Assembly: GCA_003152105.1 (NCBI GenBank)
Contig: PLZJ01000002.1
Location: 848,112-912,111 of the forward strand
DNA: 64,000 bases
Reading direction: 5' to 3'
From: Candidatus Levyibacteriota bacterium
GTDB lineage: Bacteria; Patescibacteriota; Microgenomatia; Levybacterales; UBA12049
The notes below the pieces were generated by a model, which made no database searches, was not told the DNA's origin, and saw only the letters and a program-made list of their open reading frames with translations. This document shows positions 39,801-51,200 of the stretch, one piece after another. Both the position numbers and the translations under genes were made by a program. Positions within the stretch are counted from its first letter, which is position 1. Each line of letters begins with the position of its first letter.

Positions 39801-41570
39801 ATGCAAATTAACAAGTTTAATGAATTAATTGAGGAGATTGAACGCAGTTCGTTTTCCGTAAAATACGATTTCGAAATAGCTAATTTGTTCAATAATCTAA
39901 TTGAAAAATACCCAACAAATTTTACTCCTGAGCAAATACAACAATTAAAATGGGAGTTCCTTCTGTTTCGTCTTATGACAAAAAATAGCTTTGCTGCTGA
40001 CGGACTTCGTACTGATCGTTTTGTTCCTATGGCAACTTACAATAATGGAGCTATTTTCCCTGATCCAAACTCTTTTTCTGATGAGGCATTGGTATATTTT
40101 GAAAAGAGAGCGAAAGATTCTAAGAATCCTATTTTAACAACTCGGTATCTTGATTTTCTCTGGGAAAAATCAAAATCAAAGAAGAAGCACATTTTTGCTA
40201 TTGAAGCTATTGAACAATACCTATTAACAGTGGATGCTTATGACAATGAAGATGTTGTTTTTGAAAAACTAGATGGACTTCAGAGAGCAACTGAACTATG
40301 TCTTATTCTTGAAGGTAAATCAAAAAAGAAACCTCTAACTGAAAAGTTAGTAATTAGGCTCAATGAACAAATAAATGTAACAAATGAAAAAAAGAATTTC
40401 CGTTGGTTTCTGGAAATGTTTGAACTAGTAATTGCATTAAAACAGTTTTATACAGAAAAACAAATCAAAGAATTTATAAAGTTATGCGAAGAAAGCGCAA
40501 GACAATATCATAAAGATCAGAATTTTCATCTCCAAAGGTCATTTTTAGAGTTGAAATCTAAACTAGGAAAACTACTTAGATCATCAGATGCTATTAAAAA
40601 TGATGTTGATGAGCAAATAGGACTGTCTTTAATAGCTGAAGCTGAAGCAAAATCAGGAAGCGGTTTAGTTAAGGCTCACTTCCTGCAAGAAGCAGTTGAG
40701 CATTATAGAAAACTCGGTAATAAGAAAAAGGTAGAAGAACTCATAACTCAAATAAAAGAGGCCACTGGCCAGGCTATAAAAAATAAAGAATTTAAACACT
40801 TCTCCTCAACAGTTGAATTAAAAAAAGAGGATGCAGAGTCTATGAAAAAAAGCTTAGGAACTGGAAAGGACGTACCCCAAAACATGGGAACACCTCCCAA
40901 TTTTTTTCCGAACTGGAATCATGCAATCAAACTAACTGAAGACCTAAGTAAAAAATATGTCGTCTCACATTTGTTTCCAATAGTGCATTATGGAGAAAAG
41001 TATCCAGTCGGAAAACCTCAAACCTCAGAGGAAATCCACGAAGATCAAGTAATGCAGAATTTCAAGATTTCTGCGCAGCTTGCAATACACTGGCTTACAA
41101 AATTCTTATCAGAGCTTATTGAGGAAAAGAAAGTTAACATAGAAGACTTCAAGGATTTTTTTGCATTATTGAAAGAAATAGACAATGATACATATGAGAC
41201 TGTTTTAGAGGGACTTGATTCATACTTTGATGATGACCATTTTCGTGCAACAACTATTCTTGCACCACAATTAGAAGATATCCTTAGAAAATTACTTGCT
41301 GTATTTGGTGGACAGACTACAAAAGCTAATACCACAGCTTTCGAGGAAAAAACACTTGGAACGGTTCTATCAGAATTAAAACCAGCAATATCAGAACCTA
41401 TATATTACTACATTAGCTGGGTTATGAAAGATTACCGTGGACTCAATCTAAGAAATAATGTTGCTCATGGCTTTTTTAAAAAAAGACAAGGAAGTCCGTT
41501 CTATTCAACTGCTCTTCTTCATATATTTTGTCTGCTGATTGCTAATACAAAGGTATCTGTCAAAAAATAA
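39801..41570 (+). CDS. DUF4209-like protein with C-terminal HEPN motif
   Basis: PQLEDILR and NLRNNVAHG (Rx4H). Confidence 0.7.
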   Translation: MQINKFNELIEEIERSSFSVKYDFEIANLFNNLIEKYPTNFTPEQIQQLKWEFLLFRLMTKNSFAADGLRTDRFVPMATYNNGAIFPDPNSFSDEALVYFEKRAKDSKNPILTTRYLDFLWEKSKSKKKHIFAIEAIEQYLLTVDAYDNEDVVFEKLDGLQRATELCLILEGKSKKKPLTEKLVIRLNEQINVTNEKKNFRWFLEMFELVIALKQFYTEKQIKEFIKLCEESARQYHKDQNFHLQRSFLELKSKLGKLLRSSDAIKNDVDEQIGLSLIAEAEAKSGSGLVKAHFLQEAVEHYRKLGNKKKVEELITQIKEATGQAIKNKEFKHFSSTVELKKEDAESMKKSLGTGKDVPQNMGTPPNFFPNWNHAIKLTEDLSKKYVVSHLFPIVHYGEKYPVGKPQTSEEIHEDQVMQNFKISAQLAIHWLTKFLSELIEEKKVNIEDFKDFFALLKEIDNDTYETVLEGLDSYFDDDHFRATTILAPQLEDILRKLLAVFGGQTTKANTTAFEEKTLGTVLSELKPAISEPIYYYISWVMKDYRGLNLRNNVAHGFFKKRQGSPFYSTALLHIFCLLIANTKVSVKK

Positions 41571-41636
41571 TTATGAATTGCATGATAAGTTTGATGTTAT
41601 AATTAACTAGATTACAAGTGTTACAAATTAACAATA

Positions 41637-43211
41637 ATGAAAATTTCTTCCTTATTTCAATCAAAAAAACCAGTAGTCACTGAAAAAGTAGAGCCAATCC
41701 AAAAAGAATTTGTTCAAGTCGAACAAGTTTCCCCTCAAGTAAATAAAGAATCGCAGCTTAGAACGGAAAAATTAGTCTCTGATGCATCAAAACCTAGGGG
41801 AGGTGTATGGAAATATCCACCATTATCATTATTGAGTGATGAAGAAGCTAAACCAACTACACTCACAACAGATGTTAAAAATTATGCGAGAATCATTGAA
41901 TTAACTGCAGAAGTTTTTGGTTTAGATTCAAAAGTAATTGAACTAAATATAAATAGGTTTACAATACAGTTCTTGTTAGAAATGTCAGATATTAAGGAAG
42001 CATCAAAATATATTTCTTTAACAAATGAGTTTGCATATGCTTTAAATTTTCAATCTGAAAAGGTACAAGTTTATGAAGTAATTGAGGAAAAGACAAATTT
42101 AATAGCTGTTGAGTTACAAATAGGTAGCATTACATCTCCTTCATTAAAAACAGTATTATCATCTACTGTAAGTCAAAAAAGTAAATCTAAACTTACTGTA
42201 TTTTTAGGATTAGACAAAAATGCTCATATATTTGCTGCTGATATTAAACTTATGCCCCATATGTTAATAACTAGTATGGTAAATGATAGCATTACTAATT
42301 TTTTTAATTCAATAATTATGTCACTTCTATTTAGAGCATCACCAGCTGAAGTAAAGTTGGTTCTAATTGATACAAAACGCGTAGAACTTAATTCATTTAA
42401 TGGAATTCCCCACTTAATGACTCCAGTTATTGTAGAACCTGAAAAGGTGCTTTCGGCACTTAAATGGTCTATGGGAGAGATGGATAGACGCTTTAAGGCC
42501 TTCTCCGAGAATGGAATAAGAAATATTGAAGAATATAACGAACTAAATGGTTATCAGGCCTTACCATATATTTTAATCATGATAAATGAATTTGCTGAAA
42601 TGGCTGCATATGCACCTATTGAATTAGAGGATGCTTTAATAAGAATTGCAAAAATGGGACATTCTACAGGCGTTCATTTAATTATTGCTACACAAAATCC
42701 CCATAACAAAATTTTTAATAAACTTCTGCAAGCACCAATTTCTGTTAAAGTAGTAGTCAATAAGTCTTCTCAAGATAATAATTCAGTTAATAATTATGAA
42801 TTAGTCTATTCAGATTTAGTACATTCAAAACCAGTATTTATATTTAATACATCAGTTAAAGAAAGCGAGATTAAAATGCTTATTGAATTTTTAAGAATGC
42901 AAGGTAGTCCAGTTGAATATACAGAAGAAGTTTTAACAAAACCGGTAGTTGCAAGAAAAGATAATGGAAATACCTCGGTAAGCAGTAGAGATGCACTTTT
43001 TGAAAATGCTGTTAGAGTAGTTTGTCAGCATGACCGAGCTTCTGCATCTCTTTTACAAAGAAGACTTCAGGTTGGATATTCAAGAGCAGCCAAAATTTTA
43101 GATGAACTTGAAGAAGCAGGAATTGTTGGTCCGGGAGACGGAGCAAAACCACGAGATGTATTAACTCAAAATGCAGAAGCTAAAATAGCACAACTAAATA
43201 AAAATGAATAA
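41637..43211 (+). CDS. FtsK-like protein with degenerate ATPase motifs and gamma domain
   Basis: IDTKRVEL, GIPHL, GVHLIIATQ, ASASLLQRRLQVGYSRAAK; Walker A replaced by ITSMVNDSIT, Walker B INE. Confidence 0.8.
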   Translation: MKISSLFQSKKPVVTEKVEPIQKEFVQVEQVSPQVNKESQLRTEKLVSDASKPRGGVWKYPPLSLLSDEEAKPTTLTTDVKNYARIIELTAEVFGLDSKVIELNINRFTIQFLLEMSDIKEASKYISLTNEFAYALNFQSEKVQVYEVIEEKTNLIAVELQIGSITSPSLKTVLSSTVSQKSKSKLTVFLGLDKNAHIFAADIKLMPHMLITSMVNDSITNFFNSIIMSLLFRASPAEVKLVLIDTKRVELNSFNGIPHLMTPVIVEPEKVLSALKWSMGEMDRRFKAFSENGIRNIEEYNELNGYQALPYILIMINEFAEMAAYAPIELEDALIRIAKMGHSTGVHLIIATQNPHNKIFNKLLQAPISVKVVVNKSSQDNNSVNNYELVYSDLVHSKPVFIFNTSVKESEIKMLIEFLRMQGSPVEYTEEVLTKPVVARKDNGNTSVSSRDALFENAVRVVCQHDRASASLLQRRLQVGYSRAAKILDELEEAGIVGPGDGAKPRDVLTQNAEAKIAQLNKNE

Positions 43212-43383
43212 ATTAAATCAATCTGTAAAAATAGATTATTGTGAGAAATGCGAAAAAGATACAGAGATGTATAAGGAAGTAGCAAATAATATTATTGATG
43301 AAACCGTACTTGCTTATGACTATCCAAACACAACAAGTATAACCTTAACTTGCAAAGTATGCGGTACTGTAAGGTGGGAATAA
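43204..43383 (+). CDS. Small zinc-ribbon protein (59 aa)
   Basis: Manual translation with CEKC and CKVC; start overlaps FtsK stop; missed by ORF track. Confidence 0.65.
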   Translation: MNKLNQSVKIDYCEKCEKDTEMYKEVANNIIDETVLAYDYPNTTSITLTCKVCGTVRWE

Positions 43384-43387
43384 ATAA

Positions 43388-44140
43388 ATGACTAAAATAA
43401 TAATTACTGAAAACACTGAACTTCAGAAAATTGTAAATGATTATCAAAATTACATAGAAAAATTTTGTGAACTTTCAGAAAGAAGTGCATCCTATCTTGA
43501 TGAGTGGGGAGATGAAAATCTTGATTCCTTATCTCAATATAAAAAGGAGTGTGTTATTAGAATTGCAAGAAAAGTATACGATAATGAACGGTTCACACCT
43601 ATTAAAGCCAAACTTGATTATCTTATAAACTGCTGGTTTGATATTGATAATCAGAATGAATTAAAAATAATAGTTAACACAAAAGCCCCATCATGGGTAC
43701 AAAGCTTATTTAATGATTATTTGCCTCAAGAGTTTAGTGAGTATCACAAAAAAAGAAAAGAAAATCCGCAAGATCTTGTACCAGATTTAAATAAAATGAC
43801 TGGCGTAGAATTTGAAAATTATGTTGCAAATTTGCTCAAGCAGATTGGATATAATGTTTCAGGAACCTCAGCAACTGGAGATCAAGGTGCAGACTTGATT
43901 GCCACTAAAAACGATAAAATTTATGTAATACAAGTTAAAAGATATTCAGGAACTGTAGGTAATAAGGCAATACAAGAAGTAGTAGCTGCAAAGAAATATT
44001 ATAATGGAGATGTTGCAGCTGTAGCCACAAATTCATCTTTTACTCCATCAGCAGTTAAACTAGCAAAAATTAACAATGTCATTCTATTACCTGAATCATC
44101 TTTTCAGTCTATTGATGCCTTTTTAAATAATAAATTTTAA
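43388..44140 (+). CDS. Mrr-like restriction endonuclease
   Basis: EFENYVA.L, GDQGADL, IQVKRY, AIQEVVAA. Confidence 0.88.
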   Translation: MTKIIITENTELQKIVNDYQNYIEKFCELSERSASYLDEWGDENLDSLSQYKKECVIRIARKVYDNERFTPIKAKLDYLINCWFDIDNQNELKIIVNTKAPSWVQSLFNDYLPQEFSEYHKKRKENPQDLVPDLNKMTGVEFENYVANLLKQIGYNVSGTSATGDQGADLIATKNDKIYVIQVKRYSGTVGNKAIQEVVAAKKYYNGDVAAVATNSSFTPSAVKLAKINNVILLPESSFQSIDAFLNNKF

Positions 44141-44161
44141 ACAGTTCTACTTGAAATATGG

Positions 44162-45412
44162 TTAGTCGTACAAATCTTTCAATTCCTTCACATTTCCCCC
44201 AAAAGCAACTCGGTCAAGGATAAGATCATTCATTCCCATCATAAGAGCGGGAGTAATAACAAATTCTCCATATCTGTCATTAATATTATCAATAGCTAGT
44301 GCAGCTTTCCTTTTTTTCCCCTCATCAAGGTCAAAAAGAGATGGTTGTGATTTTCCGGATGGAGTAAATGCATAACAGGTGACGCTAAGTTTAGAAACTG
44401 GTTTAAGTTCTGGTTGCTGGTTAAAAACAAGTTGCACTCGCTCATATAGTTCAGTTGTTGTAAACATTTCCATATCTTGCAGTCTGCCTCTGTGCCAATG
44501 CGACCAATCTGAGTAAACGCAGGAAACATGTACACCATGTGCAGTCCATCCCTGACTTCGAAGTCGTCTTCCCATTTTTTCTGTTAATTTCATAAGTAGC
44601 ATTGAAAGCATGCGTTTATCTGTTGTTGCTTTTGGGAGCGCATATTGTTGCCCAATACTTTTTGTCTGAAATTCTACCTCATCAACTTCGTACCCTCTTA
44701 TTCGGTAATACCAATCTCTACCGCATTTACTTCGAAATACTTGTTTCTCAAGAAGATCTACTGGAGCGTTGAGAAAATCTATCGGTGTAAAAATACCATG
44801 CGCATTAAGCCTTGCTTCAAACCTGGTATTAATTCCATTGAGGTCAACAAGCGTGACGATTTTATATACATCAAGTAAATTCTCATGTGTTATGACATCT
44901 AGTCCGTCCGGTTTATGAAGTGAAGCAGCAAGTTTTGCAAGAAATCTGTTTGTTCCTATTCCTATATTGCAACTCATCCATTCTCCAATTTCTTCTCGTA
45001 TCCTTTGCTTTATTTCCTTCCCTATTGCAATCAGATCTGGTCTAAGTCTTTGAACGCTTTCCAAATTAACAACTACTTCATCAATTGATTTTGGAGTAAC
45101 ATCCGGTGAATACTCTCTAAATATTTTGTTAAATTTTGTATATACATCCCGGTAGAGTGTAGGAGTTGGTGTATGGACGTTAACTTGAGGATAAAGTAGT
45201 TTTGCCTCTCTTACAGACATTCCTGTTTTAATACCATATCGCTTGGCTTCAATACTTGGTGCAACAACGCAACCGGCAGGAGAATCGTAAGCCGCAATAA
45301 CAAGTGGCTTTCCCCTGTAATGAGGATTAGCCTGTTGTTCACATGTTGCAAAACAAGAGTTTAAATCGACATGCATAACAAGTGGAGTATTTCGGTTGAT
45401 TGGTAAATCCAT
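44162..45412 (-). CDS. dinB: Y-family DNA polymerase (DinB/UmuC-like)
   Basis: HVDLNSCFA, SIEAKRYG, SIDE, AKLAASLHKPDG. Confidence 0.92.
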   Translation of the reverse strand: MDLPINRNTPLVMHVDLNSCFATCEQQANPHYRGKPLVIAAYDSPAGCVVAPSIEAKRYGIKTGMSVREAKLLYPQVNVHTPTPTLYRDVYTKFNKIFREYSPDVTPKSIDEVVVNLESVQRLRPDLIAIGKEIKQRIREEIGEWMSCNIGIGTNRFLAKLAASLHKPDGLDVITHENLLDVYKIVTLVDLNGINTRFEARLNAHGIFTPIDFLNAPVDLLEKQVFRSKCGRDWYYRIRGYEVDEVEFQTKSIGQQYALPKATTDKRMLSMLLMKLTEKMGRRLRSQGWTAHGVHVSCVYSDWSHWHRGRLQDMEMFTTTELYERVQLVFNQQPELKPVSKLSVTCYAFTPSGKSQPSLFDLDEGKKRKAALAIDNINDRYGEFVITPALMMGMNDLILDRVAFGGNVKELKDLYD

Positions 45413-45413
45413 A

Positions 45414-45674
45414 TTAATTACTTATCCCATCTGAAACTTCTTCTAAATTCCAAGAAAGATTAAATGTGTCAAAGCGAAGTCTAAAATAAAACTTGTTTGA
45501 ACTTACGTGAAAGAGATGATGCACTGTTCCGCCTACTTTTTCTCTATGTACGTAAGCTAGTTTTTCAATCTTGTAATCTTTTCCATTCCAGCGAATACGA
45601 GCCGGGAATAATTTATCTCCCATCTTTTTAAACACACCAATGACTTCAACTTTTTCATTGATTTTCTCAAGCAT
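45414..45674 (-). CDS. Small accessory protein of mutagenesis cassette
   Basis: P.RIRWNGKDYKI...F.LRFD....W.LE, between lexA-like and dinB. Confidence 0.65.
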   Translation of the reverse strand: MLEKINEKVEVIGVFKKMGDKLFPARIRWNGKDYKIEKLAYVHREKVGGTVHHLFHVSSNKFYFRLRFDTFNLSWNLEEVSDGISN

Positions 45675-45684
45675 AGAATATCTC

Positions 45685-46260
45685 CTATCGGTATCTTCTG
45701 AGTGATGAAACTACCACACCGCCAATAGTTAGCGAATATTTTGGTTCAATTGGCTGATATTTTGGATTAGCAGGAATAAGCCTTACTTTTCCGTTTTTCA
45801 ATTCATAGTATTTAAGTGTCCATTCATTATCAACAAGTGCTGCAACAATATCATTTGTACGAGGTTGTAAATCAAGATCAACTACAACTCGGTCTCCGTC
45901 ATAAAGTCCAGCACCAATCATAGAATCTCCAGACACTGTTAAGATAAAAGAAGAATTTGGGCTATGCACTAAATATGTATCTAAAGAAAGTTCTTCAACT
46001 ACTTCATTTGCAGCATCTTGTGGAAATCCTGCCTTAATCATTCCGTATGAGCGAAGAGTTAACGATAAATTTTTAGGAAGTAATCTTCCGTTTTTATCTT
46101 TTTCAATAATTCCTTCTTTAATTAACTGGTGTGCAAGATAAAACGCAGAACCTTTTGTTTTGTAATGAAACATTTTTCGAAGTTCCTCATAGGAGGGCAT
46201 TCTGTTATGAGTTTTATAAAAGTATCTTAACCTTTCAATTGCTAGTTCTTTTTCTACCAT
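45685..46260 (-). CDS. lexA: LexA-like S24 repressor/peptidase
   Basis: N-terminal wHTH, AGFP cleavage site, GDSM serine, TLK lysine. Confidence 0.85.
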   Translation of the reverse strand: MVEKELAIERLRYFYKTHNRMPSYEELRKMFHYKTKGSAFYLAHQLIKEGIIEKDKNGRLLPKNLSLTLRSYGMIKAGFPQDAANEVVEELSLDTYLVHSPNSSFILTVSGDSMIGAGLYDGDRVVVDLDLQPRTNDIVAALVDNEWTLKYYELKNGKVRLIPANPKYQPIEPKYSLTIGGVVVSSLRRYR

Positions 46261-46280
46261 ACTAATTTTTAGTTATAATT

Positions 46281-46292
46281 GAACGATCGTTC
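46281..46292. promoter_or_regulatory. LexA-type operator GAAC-N4-GTTC
   Basis: Perfect palindrome GAACGATCGTTC between TTGACT and TATAAC of the lexA promoter. Confidence 0.8.
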
Positions 46293-46368
46293 AAAAGTCA
46301 AGGGATTATACGAATATAAAGCGAACGTAAAATCATGGTTTATAAACTTTAGTGGTATAATTGCAATT

Positions 46369-47121
46369 ATGAAAACTGAAGTTCAGGCTGAAATGGCAGC
46401 AATATTACACGCATATAACTCAAACTATGATGGGGGGGAAGATGATGTTTTGGTTGCAACTCCTGACGATAACACGAAAATTGTTGCTGAGTATATCAGA
46501 ATGAGATTATTGCCGGCAGTGCATAAAGCATCTGAATTTGAAGCCACATTTGATAGCACAGTTATTTGGCCGGAACAAGAATTAGCTGACTATGACAGGG
46601 ATTTAGAAGCTATTAGAGCAATGACAAAAAAACAAAGGGTTAGTTTGGATGATCAATTGCTTGAAATAAGTGGTCGCAAAAGGGATAGAGGTGGAATAAT
46701 GGTGCTAAGATCATCGCATGGCGATCAGGTTGCAGGATTTGCAATTGATTCACATACTTTAAAATCTGCAGAAACACAGGGTTTTGGCCTTCATGCATTG
46801 GCCGCAATGAACCTGAGCGCTGAATTAGATGACCTTGAAGATTATGACAGAGAAACTGTCGGAGTTATATTACGGGGGAATATCTTTTTTGATGTTGAAG
46901 GATTTAAGACCCCCATTGTCCAGTTATTTCTTCCGTGGCCGGTTCAAGATCATTCAGAATTTGATCCTCAGTTTCAACGAGTTGGTTCTCATTTAATTTC
47001 TCAGAGAAGAATGATTCCAGTTGATTATGATTGTAATCTGGTAGACGGGACCTTTTCATTTAATGGAGCTGATAGATATGAAGTTAAACCACTCAAGACA
47101 ATTAAGCAGCTAATTAAATAA
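46369..47121 (+). CDS. Hypothetical protein
   Basis: Start moved from 46279 to ATG 46369 after TGGTATAAT. Confidence 0.6.
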   Translation: MKTEVQAEMAAILHAYNSNYDGGEDDVLVATPDDNTKIVAEYIRMRLLPAVHKASEFEATFDSTVIWPEQELADYDRDLEAIRAMTKKQRVSLDDQLLEISGRKRDRGGIMVLRSSHGDQVAGFAIDSHTLKSAETQGFGLHALAAMNLSAELDDLEDYDRETVGVILRGNIFFDVEGFKTPIVQLFLPWPVQDHSEFDPQFQRVGSHLISQRRMIPVDYDCNLVDGTFSFNGADRYEVKPLKTIKQLIK

Positions 47122-47153
47122 CACGCGCTGTTTGATATAATAACCCTAACAAT

Positions 47154-47831
47154 ATGTGCGGACGATACGGATTTACCAGTGAAATTGCAGATGTAAAAAC
47201 CAGATTCGATATTGAAAGATGGTTAGATAAAATTTATGATAAGGAAGAACTCTATAATATCGGTCCGGGTACTAGAAATCCAGTAGTAGTCAGACGATCT
47301 CCAAATTCAGGTCTTCTTATGAAATGGGGTTGGACATGGGATGTGCCGTGGATGGAAAAGCCACTATTTATTATTAACGCCAGAAAAGACAAGCTTACTA
47401 CCTCGAAAGCATATAAAAAGCCATTTTTATTTCAGCGTTGTATTATTCCTGCAAATTTCTTTTATGAATGGAAAGCAATAGGTAAAGAGAAATATCCGTA
47501 TCTTTTTAAGTGTAAAGATCAAAAATTATTTGGTTTTGCAGGACTTTACTTTACGGAAAAAGACGCAGAAGGTAAAGAAGCAGAATATTATGTAATCATT
47601 ACAACCGATGCAAATGAAATTATGCAACCAATACATCACCGAATGCCGGTTATTTTGGATAAGGAGGATGAAGACACATGGTTAAACCCTGACAATGTAG
47701 AACAGGAACAGCTTTTGCCCCTACTTAAACAATACTCATCGGACAAAATGGAATGTTACCCTGTTTCGCAAGCAGTTAATTCTACTAGAAATGATAATGG
47801 AGACTTAATAAAACCTATTGATAGTAAATAA
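47154..47831 (+). CDS. SRAP (HMCES/YedK) abasic-site protein
   Basis: MCGRY N-terminus, INAR, FYEW, IHHRMPVIL. Confidence 0.93.
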   Translation: MCGRYGFTSEIADVKTRFDIERWLDKIYDKEELYNIGPGTRNPVVVRRSPNSGLLMKWGWTWDVPWMEKPLFIINARKDKLTTSKAYKKPFLFQRCIIPANFFYEWKAIGKEKYPYLFKCKDQKLFGFAGLYFTEKDAEGKEAEYYVIITTDANEIMQPIHHRMPVILDKEDEDTWLNPDNVEQEQLLPLLKQYSSDKMECYPVSQAVNSTRNDNGDLIKPIDSK

Positions 47832-48279
47832 TATGGCCCGAATTGTTAGAAATTCAACATGGGATGAAGTTAAAAGACACTTAGAAAATATTGATGCAAC
47901 TGGTCTTAATGATGGTTACCCAAGAAACGATCCTTTATTCAATTTATTAAGTTCACTTTTTACCTCCTGGAATTTTTGTGAACTAACCGAAAATGAATTC
48001 AATAGCTTATTGATTCCTCAAGATCCACATATATTACTAAAAGATAAAGACCTAAATGATATTGAAGGTGAAGATAGTAATTTCGTTGTACAAAAATATC
48101 ATAATGATTTAGTAAATGGGGATAGTTTACCTACAATTGTCATTAGAGAAAGATTTCCAAATAATTTAGTTGATTGTTCTTTTTATATAGAGGACGGTGC
48201 TCATAGAGCTTTAGCCTTAAAAAAATTTTATTTAACTAATAGTTATATACCCGTCAATGCTTTTATTGGTTATTTTTAA
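47818..48279 (+). CDS. Hypothetical protein with ParB/Srx-like motif
   Basis: LPTIVI...IEDGAHRALA. Confidence 0.5.
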   Translation: MIVNNMARIVRNSTWDEVKRHLENIDATGLNDGYPRNDPLFNLLSSLFTSWNFCELTENEFNSLLIPQDPHILLKDKDLNDIEGEDSNFVVQKYHNDLVNGDSLPTIVIRERFPNNLVDCSFYIEDGAHRALALKKFYLTNSYIPVNAFIGYF

Positions 48280-48286
48280 ACTTAGA

Positions 48287-51200
48287 TTAAACAGGTGCAT
48301 CTTCCCAAAGCTTTCTTAATTCTTCATTAATTTGTAATTTTTTTACGGCTTTATCCAATATCTGCCTTACTCTTTCTCTCGTAAGACCTCCATAAATTTC
48401 ACCTATAGCTTCTAAAGTCATTGGTTCATCGCTTCCGATACCATGTCTCATTTTGAGCATTTCTAACTCTCTTTCCGTCAATAACCCTCCTACAATACCC
48501 TCTATTTGCTCAATATTATCATCGTCTGTTGCACCAGGCTGGTAATCTTCGTAGTTATCTGCAACAAATTCTCCAAGAGTTGTTTCTGTATCTGATCCAA
48601 TTGGCCTATCCAGAGATGCCACTCTAGTAACTTTTCCTTCAAACAAATCCATAACAATATCAATTCTTTCTAGCTGTGCTTCTTCCAATAAGCTTCTTAA
48701 CTCTTTTTTAGTTGGAGATCTATTTTCCCGTACTTCGAACTCAGTCACGATTTTCATAGCTTTTCCATATACTTCTCGCGCATGGATAGGAATTCTAATC
48801 ATACTTCCGTCATTTTTAACTGCCCTATCAATACTTTGAGCTATCCAAGGAGTAGCATACGTTGAAAACTTATTTCCTGTATGATAATCGAATCCTTCAA
48901 CTGCTCTTTTTAAACCAAAATAACCCTCTTGAACTCTATCTTCTATGGTTAAAGCATGATACTTTTTAGCGATATGAATCACTAATCTAAGATTACATAA
49001 AGCAACAAGTTCTTCAATAGATTCACCATCTCTAGAGACATTTGCAAATAATCCTTCAGATTTTGGTCTGATTGTTTTTAAAAAGTCAGTATCTTGGAAA
49101 AGACTATCAATAGTTTTTCCTTCTTCCAAAAGTTTGAATATAATATTCTCCTGTTGTCTACTCAGTAGTGGATATTGTGCGGCTTGCGTCATGTATCTTC
49201 GGAAAGAGTCAACTTCCTCAAAACTCATTCCATTAAAATCTTCAGTTGAAAAAACCACTACGTCTTCACCATCGGACTCATAAGAATTTCTTTCTCTTTC
49301 TGCCGTACCATTTCCTCTAAATCTTGAAGAAAATTGCTGTCTAACACTATTTGGTTCTGGTGGCTTATTTGATTTTACTTGCGACAATTCATCCCTTAAT
49401 ATTTGCATACCATGTTCGTTAGCTGTAAATATCTGTCTTCGTCCAACATTACTCTTTGTAATATACTGTGGATGACTTACGGCTAGCTCATTTAAGCGTT
49501 TATATATTGCAGATCCGGTTCTTAAACCAAATTCCCGTGCTAAATCAAATATTGGTACTTGAGTGAATCCATCTTCAACACTACTACCGTATTCCACCTG
49601 TAAAGTGGTTAAGAGTTGAGGCGCTATGAACCATTGCCATCCTTTTTCACTTCTTCTAACTGAATCTGGGTCAGCAGCCTGTAGCTCTTTTAACCTTTTA
49701 TATATCCTGCTTCTCTTTCCTTCGCCAACTTGCTGAACTAATTCATTTATTGGAAGAGGTATTAACCCTTCAGGAGCAGCTAATCCTCTAATTCTATCCA
49801 GCAAAAGTTCATATCCTTCTGCTGATATATAATTAGATCTATTTATGCTTTTAAAATGTTGTGGATTTTCTTCATGCAAAGCTCTTAAGTGATACAATAC
49901 TCTGCTTGATTCCATTCCGAATTCAAACGCTATGTCATTGGGAGTAAATCTTTGAAATCCTTCTGGAATATTAATTGCTTGCTCTCTTTCTTCAGCGTAT
50001 CTGTTTATTACTTCCATTACTTCTTCAAGATTTGTTATAACTTTCAGTCCTTCTATATGAATTAAAGGGGAAGATCCTCTAAAAGAACCCGAATATGTTC
50101 GTCCTGTAAATTCTTTGGCTTTTTTCGGAGCAAATGCAGTGCCTGCAACTTCAGCAAAAGTTAAAGCTCGGCCCTTTGCATGCTTATTTTCATCAACGAC
50201 ATCAATAATGATTGCTTCCTTATCAGGATTATTAGGATCAAGCCTCAACACTCTTCCTCCTCTTTGAATTGCGTTTACTTTTGACAAAGTCGGTGCAAGA
50301 TTAATCAGCAAGTTAGCATTAGGTGCGTCAATACCTTCTGCTAAAAGTTTTTTGCTTAGTAAAACTTTAATCTTTCCACTTTTAAAATCATCTAAGTATT
50401 GTTTTCTTGTTCTTTTATCAAGCCTCCCATGAAACGCTCTAGCTTCTATTCCTTCTGCACGAAACATCTCTTCAAGTTCAATAGCATGCTTAACTGATAA
50501 AGTAGTTATAAAAGCGGAGGAATCTGGGAAATGATTTTTATATATGTCGACTGCTGCTTGATTTCGCTTTGCAATATTTAATGCCCTCTCAAGTTGTTTT
50601 GGGTCATACTCACCAGTTGAAGAGATAATTGGAACCTGTGACATATCTATATCGGTTTGAGCAATAAACACCTTAAATGGAGAAATTAATCCTTCTTCAG
50701 CAGCTTCTTTAATTGTTACATAATGCATTTTCTTCTCAAGAAGTAAACCTACATGCTTATCGGTTGAATACTCTGGTGTAGCGCTAAGACCCAACTTAAT
50801 AGCTCCCTTAAATTGCCTTATTGCATCCATTCGAGCTGGTGTTAAAGCCTTATGAGCCTCATCACATATTACAAATCCGTAATCTGATGGATTAATGGTG
50901 CCTTCTTTTACGCCTTTTAATAGGTAATCATATGTTGTTATCGTAACATCTCGATCTAACTGCTTAACATGAGTGTAGGCCAATCCGGTTGGTATATTAG
51001 GAACAAACTGTGTAAATGTATCCTGCATTTGCTGTACTAAATCTTGAGTTGGAGTTATTATCAATGTTTTGGCTCTTAAAGCTTTTACCATTTCTGCAGC
51101 TAATACAGACTTTCCAGTTCCTGTAGGAAATTCAATATAGCCTTCTGTTGAACCCTCAGCTAAATTCGATCTAATATCTTCAAATACCGTAAACTGATGC

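Noticed and set aside
41637-43211. Housekeeping cell-division ftsK
   Set aside because: No TM domain, Walker A destroyed, located in ICE cargo
48287-49250. Primary rpoD gene
   Set aside because: In-frame with a helicase, altered region 2.3, no dnaG context
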